Shown here: one piece after another, positions 30,896 to 47,455 of the stretch
Layout of the letters: every line of letters begins with the position of its first letter
Numbering within the stretch: position 1 is the stretch's first letter
DNA from: the human T2T-CHM13v2.0 reference genome, Homo sapiens
Assembly (NCBI RefSeq): GCF_009914755.1
Contig: NC_060926.1
Strand: one strand, 5' to 3'
DNA length: 64,000 nucleotides
Notes under the pieces: generated by a model
Database searches by the model: none
Told to the model about the DNA's origin: nothing
Seen by the model: the letters and a program-made list of their open reading frames with translations, nothing else
Made by a program: the position numbers and the translations under genes

Positions 30896-31882
30896 AGCAA
30901 ATCAGTTTGATTCAAGTTAAGGAAGAAGCTGGTGGATCTGCAAGCTCAAACAGGGCAGTGATTCACCCACTTTTCTGCCAGGGCACTGGAGTGAAGCTGC
31001 CCTCATTCTCTCTATGCTTGCAAAAAAGCCCCTAATGCTACTGCCCCTTCATCAAAAGATCATTAGGAGAAACCCAGTAGTGGGGATGCCACCAGCTACC
31101 ATTATGTTCAGCACAGCCCCCTACACTGAACAGGATCTGCCCCACTTCACAGGTGGGCACATTGAAGTCCCAGTGGCCCAGCTGGGCTTTGAATTAATGG
31201 TTTCTGATTCCAGGCCCATTATGTTTTGCACTCTGTCAGCTGCTATCAGGGACGGCTTCAAGGAAGAGCTGTCAAGAACTGGAAACTTTATAAATTAATG
31301 TGAAGCTTGATTAATCTACATTATTATTATTTTTGCCCAGGGGGCCTTGGAGAAATAGACTCTATTTTCCTTTAGCTATTCCTACTGTGGGGAGTCAAAC
31401 ATTCCCATGCCATGGGTTCTTACCCCATTTTAGCAGCTTTATATAATACTAACTTAAAGAATAGAACTGCTTTATTCTTAACACTTCCATTGTGGTTGGC
31501 CACATAGCTTGGTTTTACTTTTCACTGTAAGGTATGTTGGTGCAATAAACATCTTTGTGTTTAATGCTGAAATACCGTTGTTGGCATACAGGAACATAAT
31601 TTATTTGTATATATTTTTAAATCACAGCCCTCCTAAAAAAAGCTAAATTCTAAAAACATAGAATACAAACAGTGGGCTTGCTGAGACTCCTCCCCAGGGA
31701 GGAGGATTGGTTCAGAGAAGGTCAATACCAAATCATGCAGGGGCTTGAATGACAAGTGCAGGCCTTTTGATTTTTTTGTTTTGTTTTGTTTTCTGGGGAG
31801 TAAGGTGTTGCTAAAGAGGAAAGGAAGGTGATGTACAAGCCAAGTGTGGGACTGTAAATCTGAGGTCAAAAGATAGAATTTA

Positions 31883-32188
<306 letters not shown>

Positions 32189-33094
32189 GTAGAATTTAAT
32201 GGAGCAGAAATATGAGGCAGGGACAGAAGTCAAGCCTGGCTGCTGTAGCGATTACAGCTCTGTAGGTCTCTGTTTCCTTGTCTGTGAAATAACTAGTAAG
32301 CTTAGAGAACAGAAGAGTCTTCTCAGCTTCACAGCCAGATAGACCTCCATATAAATTCTAGTTCAGCTACTTTTCCATCTGTATGATGGGGAGAATTTTA
32401 CCCACTCCATAGGATCATGGTAATAACTACAATTATGATTATAAAGAACATGCTCCAGTTGTTGGCACATGTTTAAATAAGCAGTAAGTGTTTCATCCCC
32501 ATCAATTTTATGGCCTGGAAATTGCCTAAGCTCTCTTCCAACTCAGATGTGCCATGGTTCTATTATGTGATGAGAAAACAATTTAGAAGAATGAAGGACT
32601 ATAAATTAAATTACTAGTTAATAGATTAATGGTTTAGTCTATTTAAAAAAATCATCTCCTGGCAAGAACCCAAAGGAAAATAATAGTTATTAAAGATCCA
32701 AACATTTCACTGAGAAAAAATGATGTTGACTAGAGAGATTTTCTTCAGAATGTGTTTAATTCACAACTAGATGCTATCCAAGACTTCTGGGTCGGTTTCT
32801 CTCAGCTCCCAGGAGAGGAATGGAATGACATGAGAAATATACCTTGAAATTCTTGGATGATAAAAAAGGATTAAAAATCAATAGTGTTTCTGCTTCAGCT
32901 CTTTCAATTTTGTTTTCCTCCCACTTCTGTAGAATTTCACTGAAGAATAAGTGGTGTATTTGAGGGAACCTGGTGTGTTTTACCAAGGGATATAGGAAAG
33001 TGTCCCCAGGTGCCATTGCTGAGTGCAAACTTCAGGGCATCAGTGCGTGGCAGAGGTTGCAGTGCTGAGCCTTGGGGAAGGGAAAACACCAGAG

Positions 33095-33247
33095 CTGTGC
33101 TGTCCAATATGGTGGAAATGCAACTCCTTGGTCACACTAGCCATGGTCCAAGTGCTTGTTAGCCATATGCGGCTAGTGGCTACTGTATTGGACTGTGCAG
33201 GCATGCAACGTTTCCGTCTTCACAGACAGCTTTGCTGGACAGTGCTG
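33095..33247 (-). mobile_element. MER3 (hAT-Charlie DNA transposon), internally deleted
   Basis: CTGTGCTGTCCAATATGG…GGCTAGTGGCTACTGTATTGGAC…GGACAGTGCTG with inverted termini. Confidence 0.75.
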
Positions 33248-34369
33248 GCCTACAGACTAATTTGCTAATTCAGAATCTGAGTCTCCAAATTTTAGAGAGC
33301 ACAAAGGGCTCTTTGAAATTGTCTAGTCTTGCCCCCAAACCTGGGATCTGCAGTCTTGCCCTTCTGCACACTGGGATGCAGAAGAACTAAGCTCCAGTCC
33401 CACCTCTGCTGTAACTCCTAAATACCTTTTTCTGTCCAGTAAGGATCACAAGCTTTGGTTTACTCACCTATAAAAATGGGTTAAATCATTCGTTTGGTCT
33501 GTCTTCTAATTATTTTGTGAATACTAAGTTTAGATTGTGCTGTACATTGTGAACAACAAAGACAGGTTCTGCCACATTTCTAGCAGCATCCCTCAGAGTT
33601 GATAGAAACACACCAATGTGCACAGTGCTGCCAGCAAGAACCACCCACATAATATACATTCAGTGCTTTCCACTGGGCCCGGCAAAGAGAAGGTACTTAA
33701 TGTGCTAACTGGGCTGTCAGAAGCCACTGGGGATAAAAAGCTCCTTTCAGAGAACTCCTTTCAAGTGCTTCCTTCACACTTTGCTGGTCTTTTATACATC
33801 TTTACAAGCTGAAAATGGCTTAGAGAATAAACAGAGCAGGGAGATAGAAGCTGTGTGTCCAGGCAATAAGCTGGAAGTACACTCAGTAGATGGGCCCAGG
33901 AGATGTGGCTCTAATCCCAGGCCACTCCCTACTCTCACTCTGGCCCAGTGAGGTTCCTGGCTCTGGGAACCAAAGGAGAGAAGCAGCCACGGAGTCTCGC
34001 AGTCTGCTCAGGTGAACCTGGAATGTCTATTCTGAAGGGAGAAGCTGGAGGAACTGCCTCCACATTTTATCTTAGCCCTGTAACATCTTAGCCATGCTAG
34101 CATCTCATATTTAGACCATGTAGGTGAGGCAGGGGATGGAGCAAGGGAAGTCCAGGAAGGATAGAAGACCCTCCCACAGCCAGAGACCCTGCTACTCAGG
34201 CCTCCTGCAGGAGTCAGCATGGTCCGTGGCTCATGAGGACTGTGTTTCATATGCTGGGGCCTGTTTGGCCCTTCTTGCCCATATCGGTGCTGGATGTGTC
34301 TCTGTCATGTGCATGCCCAAGGGAGGACACCTCAGTGCTGCAGCCCTGTGCTTCCGGAGCAGGGTTCCG

Positions 34370-34560
34370 GGCTACAGCAGATTGGATCTGAGTTCCTGTG
34401 TCAGCCCTGGCTTTCACTTAGCTGTGTGATCTTAGGCAAGATAACCAACTTTTCAGGTTCATGAAACCGTAAAATGACCATGGTCTCTATTTCTTGTGTG
34501 TGTGTGTGTTAATGAGAATCAAATTTTTAAAGCTAAAATGAAAGTGTTTGCACAAATGAA
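34370..34560 (+). mobile_element. MIR containing a short (TG)n
   Basis: CACTTAGCTGTGTGATCTTAGGCAAG core. Confidence 0.6.
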
Positions 34561-34886
34561 AACCTAGGCAAAAGCATTGATATTTTGAGACTAGAAGGGC
34601 TGCAGATAACTGGAAATGCCTAGGGTATTATATCCCATGTGAGAAATCTGCATTTTCAGGACCCTGGAGAAAAAGCAAAGGACTAGGACAGCGCTCTCAA
34701 AACTTCCTCTATTGTGAATCTAAAGCTTGCTTTAAACCTCAGCTTCCTCCCCAAGCCATCTGAAACCACAGAATCTCATGGACGGTTAGTTGGGTCCCAA
34801 CCTTCACCTGCGACCAAATCCCCATGACAGCATCTCTGTGCACAGGTCATGTAGCCTGTGCTTGGACGCCACTGGTGACCGAACTC

Positions 34887-35031
34887 CTACTGCCTTCTAA
34901 ATCTACCCATTCTACCTACTGCCTTCTAAATCTACCCATTCTATCTACTGCCTTCTAAATCTACCCATTCTATCTACTGCCTTCTAAATCTACCCATTCT
35001 ATCTACTGCCTTCTAAATCTACCCATTCTAT
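34887..35031. repeat. Minisatellite, 5 x 29 bp
   Basis: Unit CTACTGCCTTCTAAATCTACCCATTCTA(C/T) at 34887, 34916, 34945, 34974 and 35003; one mismatch in the whole array. Confidence 0.97.
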
Positions 35032-35214
35032 GCTTTGAGCAGTCCTAGCTGTTCGAGCAGCAGGATGAAAGGGATTCTTTTGAGACCTGTCTCTAATTTA
35101 TTGTTATTGACTGCCTGGAAGACTAAGTTAAGGTGGATTCTGAGGCTGCATCCAGGGTCAGTGGTAGAGAGTGATTGATTAATGAGTATGTCTGCCATTA
35201 GTATCCTAGGGGAC

Positions 35215-35890
35215 TGCTGTGGAACAGGCCCAGCATATCTGCCCTCTAGTGCTAGAGGCTCCTCTTCCTGTGAGTCAGTTCTGCTCCCACTTACTAGTTC
35301 TTTTTTTTCCCTATAGCAGCTACTGTTGGTGGTCTTGTCAAATATCAGTTCCCTTTTCTTCCTTCCCAGCAGAGCCCAATATTGCTCAGGTTACCACTGC
35401 CACTATTTCCCCATGAGATCTCATCAGAAGCTGACCTGCAGCAACTCCACGTTGGGTCACGATCAGTCTTCACCAACCATAGTTATCCCATCCTCCTAAC
35501 CACAATGATTACCTCAGAAACGGGCACGTGACCCAGTTCCAGTCAGTCAGATGTGATCAGAGATGTTTGCCGAGAGCTTCAAAGATCTTTCCTCATTCTT
35601 TTGAGAGTCATGGAAAGACAATTCTTGCTTCCCTACTGGGAGTGAACAAGAGAATGTGTTACCCTTATGGCTGCTGGCAGTAGCCATAAGCATTCTAGAG
35701 TAACCAATTTAGGAAAAAGCCGGTACTATGCACAGTGGAGTAGAGGAACGAAAAGAACCTGAGACCTAGAGTATATCATTGAGTCCCTGAATCAACCATC
35801 TACATCTGGACCGCCAGTTATGCAAATTAGTAAATGTTCTAGTTGTTTAAACAAATTAGAGTAGGGTTTTCTGTTGTCTGCAGTAATTGA
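35215..35890 (+). mobile_element. LTR16-like ERVL LTR
   Basis: GGGCACGTGACCCAGTTCC…TTGAGTCCCTGAATCAACC…TGTTTAAACAAATTAGAGTAGGGTTTTCTGTT; boundaries approximate. Confidence 0.5.
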
Positions 35891-36688
35891 CTCATTTCCC
35901 CTTGGGCCATAACAAGTCTAATTCATCTCGGAGTGTCTGTAGATGCCACCCTCTGCTGCCCTGTCTTATCTTCTCCAGGTTCAACTTCTTTGACTCCTTC
36001 AACTATTCCTTATATGAAATGCCTGGGAGTAATTCAGTATTTTGGAGGCTCTCTTCTGAGTATATGTAAACTTGTTTTAAGTCAGTTTACATAATACCTG
36101 ATAACAGTTGCTGTTTTTCACATCTAGGCATCGGGCGAGGCCAGTAGGAAAGCAAGAACCACGTGTGTACCCTGCCATTCTGCGTCCTGACATTGCTGTA
36201 GGCACCTGGATGGTCGCATGGGGTTTCTCTTTCTTCAGCTTGGCTGAGGCAGCCTCAGCCTGGCTGCCTCTCTTTCCTGGCTTCTGGGTAAATAACTCAT
36301 GTTCTCGTCACTGCGCATCACAGATAGAGAGTTTTCAGTGGGGTTCAATGTAATTGCTACTATCTATCACTTTAATAGCCTAATGAAGGTGAGATGTAAT
36401 TAGAAAGGGTGTCAGTGGAATATGGAGTTTGTTTTACAATTATCTTTACAGCCAGGTGGACCATCAGCACAGAACATTGCCTTTTAAAAGCCTAAGAAAC
36501 ATGTGTCATAAATGTTCATCATTGAATGACTTAAAGGACCTATGGTCAAATTCTACTGTTTTCTTTAACTCCCTTGAATACTGAAGGATTTGTTTGCATT
36601 GGGCAATAGGTGGGCTCCAAATAAAGTTGCATAGAAACCAAGTTTTTATATGTCAAATCCTCTTTTGTTATTGACTTACATTAATATT

Positions 36689-37476
<788 letters not shown>

Positions 37477-37599
37477 TTAATTATTTCTAAACAAGCATTA
37501 TAATTGTCCAGGAGTCACTAGAGAAAGAAACCTTTCTCTAGCATACTCCTTTTCTTCAAGTGAAGAATTTCTCTGAAATTTTTTGGGTTTTATATTTAT

Positions 37600-38362
37600 T
37601 TTTAATTATAGTAAAATATGCATAATGTAAAATTAACCATTTTAAATGTTTAATTTAGTGGCATGAAGTACACTCACAGTGTTGTGCAAACCTCACCACT
37701 ATTCATTTCCAGAACTTTTCATCATTCCAAACAGGAATCTGTATCCATTAAACAATAACTCCCATTTTCCCCTTCCTTCATTTCCTGGTAACCTCCATTC
37801 TGCTTTCTGTCGCTATGAATTTGACTACTCTACTTGAGTATTCACATGACTTCACATAAGTGAAATCATGCAATATATGTTCTTTTGTCCAATTTATTAC
37901 ACTTAGCATAATGTTCTCAAGGTTCATCCATGCTGTGGAATGTGTCAAAATGTCCTTCCTTTTCAAAGCTGAATAATATTCCACTGTATGTAATACTACA
38001 TTTTGCTTATTCATTCATCCATCAATAGGCACTTACATTGCTTTCACTTTTTCGTTATGTTGAATAATGCTGCTCTGAACATGGGTATATAAAAGTCTGT
38101 TCAAGTCCCTGCTCTTAATTCTTTTGGGTATATACCCAGAAGTGAAATTGCTGGATCATATGTTAACTAAGTTTAACTCTGAGGAATCCCAAACTTTTCC
38201 ACAGGGGCTGCAACATTTTACATTCCTATCAGCAATGGACGAGGGTTCTAATTTCTCCACATCCCTCACCGACACTTGTTATTTTTTCTTTCTTTTTTTT
38301 TTCAATAGACATCCTGATGGCCATGAAATGGTAACTCCTTGTGGTTTTGATTTGCATTTTCT
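37600..38362 (-). mobile_element. L1MB-like 3' end
   Basis: AAAATTAACCATTTTAA…CTTAGCATAATGTTCTCAAGGTTCATCCATG…GTGGTTTTGATTTGCATTT. Confidence 0.88.
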
Positions 38363-38559
38363 CCTGGGTTTTAAATAGCCAAGTCTCTCAAGTGGAGTCT
38401 ATAGTCCTAACACTCAGTGGTAGCAAGGCCTCTAGGGGCAGAGTGAAGTTTAATGATCAGGAACCTCCCAGAGCCTCAGCTGCCTAGGATGTGAGTCAGA
38501 GATATTCACTTCTTGAAAGGTGAAAGCACCAGGTTATACTCTAATTGGAAGAGGAGAGA

Positions 38560-38750
38560 GGACCCTGGATTTGGAAATAAATAGATGTAGCCCTCATCAC
38601 TCTCTTGTGATCTTGAGTCAGTCATTCAGCCTCTCCAGATTTTAGATTTTCCAGCTGTAAAATAAGAGCATGCTCTACTCAGAATTGTTAAATAACATGA
38701 TGATGTGGAAGCAGCTGGCACAGTTCGGCACGTCAGGCCCTCAATAAATA
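38560..38750 (+). mobile_element. MIR
   Basis: TGTGATCTTGAGTCAGTCATTCAGCCTCTC…CTGTAAAATAAG…GGCCCTCAATAAAT. Confidence 0.6.
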
Positions 38751-39099
38751 TGGTCCAGCTATGGAGTTGCTTGGAATTGTCCATTGGCTTTTCTTGGGCT
38801 CGATTTTTCTAAGTGTGCACCTTATAAAACCCATGAGGCCACACAGGCCAAATTATATATTCCTCTTGAGTCCCCAGCAGCCCAGGATAGTCATGACCGT
38901 ATAGGACTCTCTATTATGCATGGACTCCTTGCTCAGACTATGGTTTTTAATCTAAGACCAAAAGAGGTAAAGCAACAGAAAGAAGGTCAGATTCTAAGTC
39001 AGCAAGACTTAGAGTCTTGCAAGCAATTTCACTTCTGGGTAAATGGCACAGAGCAAACGACCTTAACAACGTAAACAAAATGCCCAAAACTTGAACAAG

Positions 39100-39320
39100 A
39101 ACATGAGTAACTTACATGTGGAGAGTATCCCATGGTCCAAATGGCATTTTCTTATATATTATTTCCATTCATCCTCAAATAATACTGTGAGAAAGGGATT
39201 ATTATCATTCTCATTCGCAGATGAGCATATCAATGCTCAGGGAAGGTTAGAGACTTGCCTGAGGTCCAGAATCCAGAAAGTGGGGGAGCCTAAACTTGCA
39301 CCCGGGTCTCCTGATGCCAG
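39100..39320 (-). mobile_element. MIR
   Basis: CATCCTCAAATAATACTGTGAG…CAGATGAG…ACTTGCCTGAGGTC. Confidence 0.6.
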
Positions 39321-40286
39321 GACCTTGGCTACTTTGATGACAGTTCGAGTGTCTTCACTCGAACCCATTCCAGATTCTGGTCTAAGGGTAGGAAGACCAG
39401 CAACAGAGACCAAGAGATGTAAGAGACTTTTCTTTTACCTCCAGAATGCTCAAAACTTCACCATCCAGTTAATTTACTGCATGGTGTATTATATTAATGT
39501 AGGAAGGTTTGCTGAAGTGGAAATGTGGATTCTCTTTGTTATTGTGTCTTTCATATATTCTGAAACATTCATTCAACAAGTATTTGTCGGAATCAAAGCT
39601 CAGGCCAATTCTCTGGCTCAACTGTGGAACAACCACCTTCCCTAACCACTGTCTCTGTCCCCCTGGCGCCCCTCCCCACAGTGCCCCCACCCCCGACACT
39701 GCCTTAGTTTAAATATTGTTTATCCTATAGGAAGAAATCAGCAGCAGACAGACCGCTGGATGGCTGACCCTTATTTAGAAGATACTGTCAGTGGGAAGAA
39801 CATTGCCACCAGATAATGATCACTTGCTGCTAGATAAATGCCAGGGCTAGTCTCTTGATGGATGTTGTGCAGGAAAATAACAATTACTCAATGTAGCTTT
39901 GTTGGATTGCTGCAGCACTCACCCTTGCCTGGGGGCACAGACACCCTTTTGGGAACTGAGCTACTGGGGACTGAGTGCAGCGTCAGTTTAACACCTTGTG
40001 CGCAGACCAGGAGGTGGGAGATGCTAAATGGGCCAGGGGAAGGGAAAAAGGAGGTACCACCTCCAACTTGCATGACTTTGGAGTGACTTCTTGACTTGAC
40101 AGTGCCTCAGTTTCTCCAGCTTATACTACAATGGTTGTTACTTGCAACCCCAGGCTGTTTTAAGGGCTTGGAAAATACTTGAAACCAACATTAGGATGTC
40201 AAATGGTGTTTCTAACACTGGTAAAGTGCCTACTTCAGTTCTGTTTTCACAGCTCAGCTGACAGTGGGGGCAGGAGAGTTGCAAGG

Positions 40287-40705
40287 TGCTATGGTTTGGG
40301 TACTTGACCCCTCCAACTCTCATGTTGAAATTGGATCCCCGGTTTTGTAGGTGGGGCCTAATGGGAAGTGTTTGAGTCACGGGGGTTAATCCCTCATGAA
40401 TGGCTTTGCGGTGTTTTCCATGACTGAGTTCTTGCTCTTTTAGTTCCTGCCAGAACTGATTGTTAAAAACAGCCTGGCACCTCCCTCCTGTCTCTCTTGC
40501 CTCCTCTCTCACCGTGTGATCTGCAAACACTGGCTCTCCTTTGCCTTCCGCTGTGAGTGCAGACAGCCTGAGGCCCTCTGCAAATGCAAATGTGGGTGCC
40601 ATGCTTCTCCTACAGTCTGCAGAACATGAGCTAAATAAACCTCTTTTCTTTATACATTACCCAGCCTCGGGCATTCCTTTATGGCAACACAAATAAACTA
40701 AGACA
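40287..40705 (+). mobile_element. MSTB-like MaLR solo LTR, complete
   Basis: TGCTATGGTTTGG…AATAAACCTCTTTTCTTTAT…ACTAAGACA; TSD CAAGG / AAAGG. Confidence 0.88.
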
Positions 40706-40829
40706 AAAGGAGAGAGCTGACTGGGGCATGACCTGAAGCCAGAGGTGAGGGCTCCCCAGGTGTGAGAACAGTAATGATAAAGTAACCCCCAGCATAACTC
40801 TGAGCCCAATTTTCCTTTCTGGGCAAAAG

Positions 40830-40950
40830 AGCCCTGGACTTGGAGTCAGACAGATTTAGATTAAAATCCCACTCAGCTACCTATTAGCTATGTGATTATA
40901 ATCCAGATAATCCTGTTGAGTTTCATTTTCCTGATTTTAAAATGGGAATA
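40830..40950 (+). mobile_element. MIR fragment
   Basis: CTGGACTTGGAGTCAGACAGATTTAG…TTAGCTATGTGA. Confidence 0.6.
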
Positions 40951-40959
40951 TGACTCTGT

Positions 40960-41370
40960 CCATGTGTGAATTATTGCAATATCCTCCTAATTGGCATCTG
41001 CTTTCCCCTTAACCTATCTTCAGTCAGAGCCAGAGTGAGCTTCCTAAAATGCAGGTCAGATCATGACACTCCTACACTTCAACCCTCAATTGCTTCCCAT
41101 TTCATAGAGTAAAAGCCAAAGCTTGCAATGGCTTAAAAGGCCTCCCAAGACCCGGTCCCTTGGTCCCTCTCTGACCTCATCTTCTACTCTGCTTATTCCC
41201 CTCAGTCTTCCGGCCCCCTCCCTGGAGCTCAGAGTCTTTGCTTGGGCTGATTTTTCTGCTTAGAACACTCTTTGCCCACATGTTTGCATAGCTCACACCC
41301 TCATCTCCTTCAAATGTTTGCTCAAATGTCTGCTTCTTAAGGAAGCCTACACTCATCATCCTTTTGAAAA
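40960..41370 (+). mobile_element. L2 fragment
   Basis: GCCAGAGTGAGCTTCCTAAAATGCAGGTCAGATCATGACACTCC. Confidence 0.7.
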
Positions 41371-41374
41371 TTGA

Positions 41375-41555
41375 GGCCAGGCACAATGGCTCACACCTGT
41401 AATCCCAGCACTTTGAAAGGCTGAGGCAGGTGTATTGCTTGAGTCCAGGAGTCTCTACAAAACCCCCTCTCTACAAAAAGTACAAAGAACTAGCCAGGCA
41501 TGGTGGTGTGCACCTGTATTCCCAGCTATTAGGGAGGCTGAGGTGGGAGGATTGC
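41375..41555 (+). mobile_element. AluJ fragment, internally deleted and lacking a tail
   Basis: GGCCAGGCACAATGGCTCAC…GAGGTGGGAGGATTGC. Confidence 0.85.
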
Positions 41556-41979
41556 CAACAATCAACTGAGAAAATTAAGTTTATGTCCAGTTTTTCGCCA
41601 TTACAGATAACGCTGCAATGATCATCTTTGTATAAAATATTACTATTTCTGTGGGATAGAAACCTAGAAGTGGATGTTCTGGAATAAAAAGCATCCATGT
41701 TTTATATTCTGGTTAAGGAATCTCATTGAATATAGTGGTTCCCAGAAATTAACTGGGCCAATGAATAATGTTTCTCTCCAATAACATCTATGTGGAATTT
41801 TTCCATACCATATTTTTCTTCAGTTTGAGGAGGAGGCAAACATTGTAGCCTGAGAACATAAATTTAGAACATTTTTCCCATAATCTTACATAATTAACCT
41901 AACAACTGTCCCATGACCAACTGGGATTTTACTGAGAAAGCACCCTTTGTAAGCAACACACGCTTGCTTAATAAGCATC

Positions 41980-42597
41980 CAATGTTCACTATTAAGTACA
42001 AGGTGAACCATAAGTTTTTGAACCATGCCTTTTATTCAATTGAGGAAGTTTCATTTTGGGCGTTTCATTTTGTCAAATATTTTTTCTGCATCTATCAAAA
42101 TGATCACATTAGTTTTCTTCTTTATTCTGTTAATGTGGTGAATTACACTGATTTTCAAATGTTGAAACAATCTTGAATTCCTGGGATAAACTCTACTTAC
42201 TCATGATGGATTATCTTTTTTGCAGGATTTGACTTGCTAATATTTGTTTTTGATTTTTGTATATGTGTTCATGAGGGATATTGGTTTGTAATTTTATTTT
42301 CTTGTCAATACTTTTGTCAGATTTTTGTATCAGGCTTATGGTGATCTCAAAAATTGTAGTGGGGCATGTTCCTCCTCTATTTGTGTAAGATTGGCATTAT
42401 ATGTGTCTTAATTTTGATAAAATTCAACAGTGAAACCATCTGTATTGAACTTTTTGTGGAAAGGTTTTGGATAAATTTAATGTCTCTAATAGATAAAGAA
42501 CTATTCAGATTTTCTATTTCATTGATGTCAGTTTTGGTAAGTTATATTTTTCAAACAAATTCATCCATTTCATCGAATTTATCAAGTTTGTTGGCAT
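41980..42597 (-). mobile_element. Old L1M ORF2 fragment (host, downstream part)
   Basis: Minus strand encodes …MNLFEKYNLPKLT, an L1 ORF2 motif, followed by RT-proximal sequence. Confidence 0.7.
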
Positions 42598-45175
<2,578 letters not shown>

Positions 45176-45179
45176 AGTC

Positions 45180-46790
45180 TTTATCCTCCAATTTACTGTC
45201 TCTCGTGCTCTTTATTCCTCTCCAGAGTTAAGTTTCCATCGTGAGTCATTGTCCTTCAGCACTTCCTTTAGCATATTTTGTAGCATGTTTGTTCATGATA
45301 AATTCTCTCAATTCCATTGATCCGAAAATATTTTTACATCTTAATTTTTGAGGGACTATGTTGCTGGTAGAGAAGTTTGGTTTGATAATTTTACCTTTCA
45401 GCACTTTTAAGATGGTGTTTATTTGTCTTCTGGCCTCCATTGTTTCTGCAGAGGAGTCAGCCTTCATTCGTAACATTTGTTCCCCCATATGTAATGTTTC
45501 ACTTTCCTTTGGCTGCTTTCAAAATTTCCTTTTCATCTTTGTTTTACCATGATGTGACTAGATGTAGTTTTTATTTTCCTTTTTATTTAGTCTGCTTGAG
45601 ATTCACTGAGCTTTGTGGATCTGTAAATTTATGTTTGTATCAAATTTAGAAAATATTCAGCCATTATTTCTTCAAATATTTTTGTCTCATTCTTTTTCTC
45701 CTTTTCTGCATTTCATTTACACACACTGTGTTATGTTGTTTCACTGCTTTATATTATTCTACAGATTTCTGAGGCTCTGTTCATATTTTTCAATCCTTTT
45801 CTCCCTATTCTTTAGCATGGATTATTTATACTGAACTAACTTCAAATTTACTAAAGCTTTCTTAATTAATTTACAATATTCTATTAAGTCCAGCCAGTAA
45901 GTTTCTCATTTCAGTTATTCTATTTTTATTCTGATATTCCATTTGGTTCTTTTTTTTTAGATAGTCCTCTTATGTCTGCTGAGGTTTCATATCTTTTCAT
46001 TCATTATCTGTATATTTTCTTTTACGTTCCTGTAGAGATTTACAATAACTGTTTTAAGTCCTTTTTTGCTATTCCAACAACTGGAATCAGTTTCCATTGC
46101 CTGTTTTATTTCATTTTTTCTATTGACTATGTGTCCCCATACCTGTTTCTTCATGTCTAATACCCTTTAATTTTACCTCAGATACTGTGGATGCCATGCT
46201 GCAGAAACTCTGGTTTATTATCTTGCTCTCTCACGTATTGAATTTTGTTGCAGCATACAATTAATATGACTCAGTTCAAATTCCAAACTCTCTTTCTTGA
46301 AGTGGATATCAACCGGTTTCACTGCTAGTTTTTTAAACTTTTCACCTGGGCTGCTTGGAGTCTCCCTCACACATGTGCACTCCTAGTCAATTAAGAATTT
46401 GGACAGGATTTATAAGAATATTTTGGGTCTCTGCCCTTTTTTGGCTTCCTCTTTTCCAAGATTTACCTTCTAAATTTCCATCTTCTTGGCAGGCCTGAAA
46501 TCTGTTCTTTAACTCCTCAAGCTTATAAAATTGTGGCTTTCTGGTTGAGTTTTAGCCTCTCTATGTTGTGTATCCTAGACTGGGGATAAAAGACAGATGC
46601 TATTGGGTGAAAAGCTGTATAAATGTGAATCTCACCTGCCCAGCTTCCTTCTTCCAAGGGTTACTTCTTTTCCGGTTTCTGCCTGTTTTTAATCACTTTT
46701 CAGTGCCTTCGGGTGGTTTTTTTTGTCTGCTTGCCCAGAGTTTATAATGCTACCTGCAGAATGGTTAGTCTAAAACAAGCTACCCTACCA
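45180..46790 (-). mobile_element. Old L1M ORF1 and 5' region (host, upstream part)
   Basis: ORF 45246-45488(-) reads RMKADSSAETMEARRQINTILKVLK, the ORF1 C-terminal motif; right boundary approximate. Confidence 0.7.
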
Positions 46791-47239
46791 TGGAAAGCAA
46801 ACACCTTTCAGTAACACCATTAGTATTTTTTCTTCTTTTATGAATTGCCTGTTTTATATCCTCCACCCTTTCTATTCATCTTTTCTATTCATATTTTCTT
46901 ATCAATCTATAAACTGTAGCTGATGAGCTCATTTCTGCGTCTGTTCTGATCACAGCCTATTTAAACTAGCTGGTAAAATAGCTTCTATTTCACGCTTGAA
47001 ACAGAACACAGAGGATAGCCTAATAGAACATTTGCACATAAATCATGAACATAAATATGGAGTTAAAAATCACTTCAAGGTGGTGTCTACCTACACACTA
47101 TTGTGTAAACATCTGTATTTAGACCTTGTAGTGTCCTCATGGATGGATACACATGACACCACCATCCCTGTCTCCAGAGCAGTTTGCTTAGGCTAGTTTT
47201 CCTACTGCAATGTGGTACCCACTATTTTGGCCCAAACAT

Positions 47240-47455
47240 ACTCACCACAGTGTATATAGAACAAGGATCGCTGACTAGGGCGTCGGGAGGCCTGGATTTT
47301 AATCTAGGTTCTTCCACATCATAGTCAATCTATAGGAATCAGTTTCTCCAGCTTTAAAATAGTCACAATAACGGAGTGTTGTTCTGTGGACAGAATGAAG
47401 GAAATGAAATGTCTAGCACAACAAGTGGCACAGAGGAAGAGCTCGATAAACATTG
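47240..47455 (+). mobile_element. MIR
   Basis: GGCCTGGATTTTAATCTAGG…TCAGTTTCTCCAGCTTTAAAAT…GAGCTCGATAAAC. Confidence 0.55.

Noticed and set aside
34887-35031. 29-bp repeats resembling a CRISPR array
   Set aside because: Units are contiguous with no spacers, and the context is eukaryotic.
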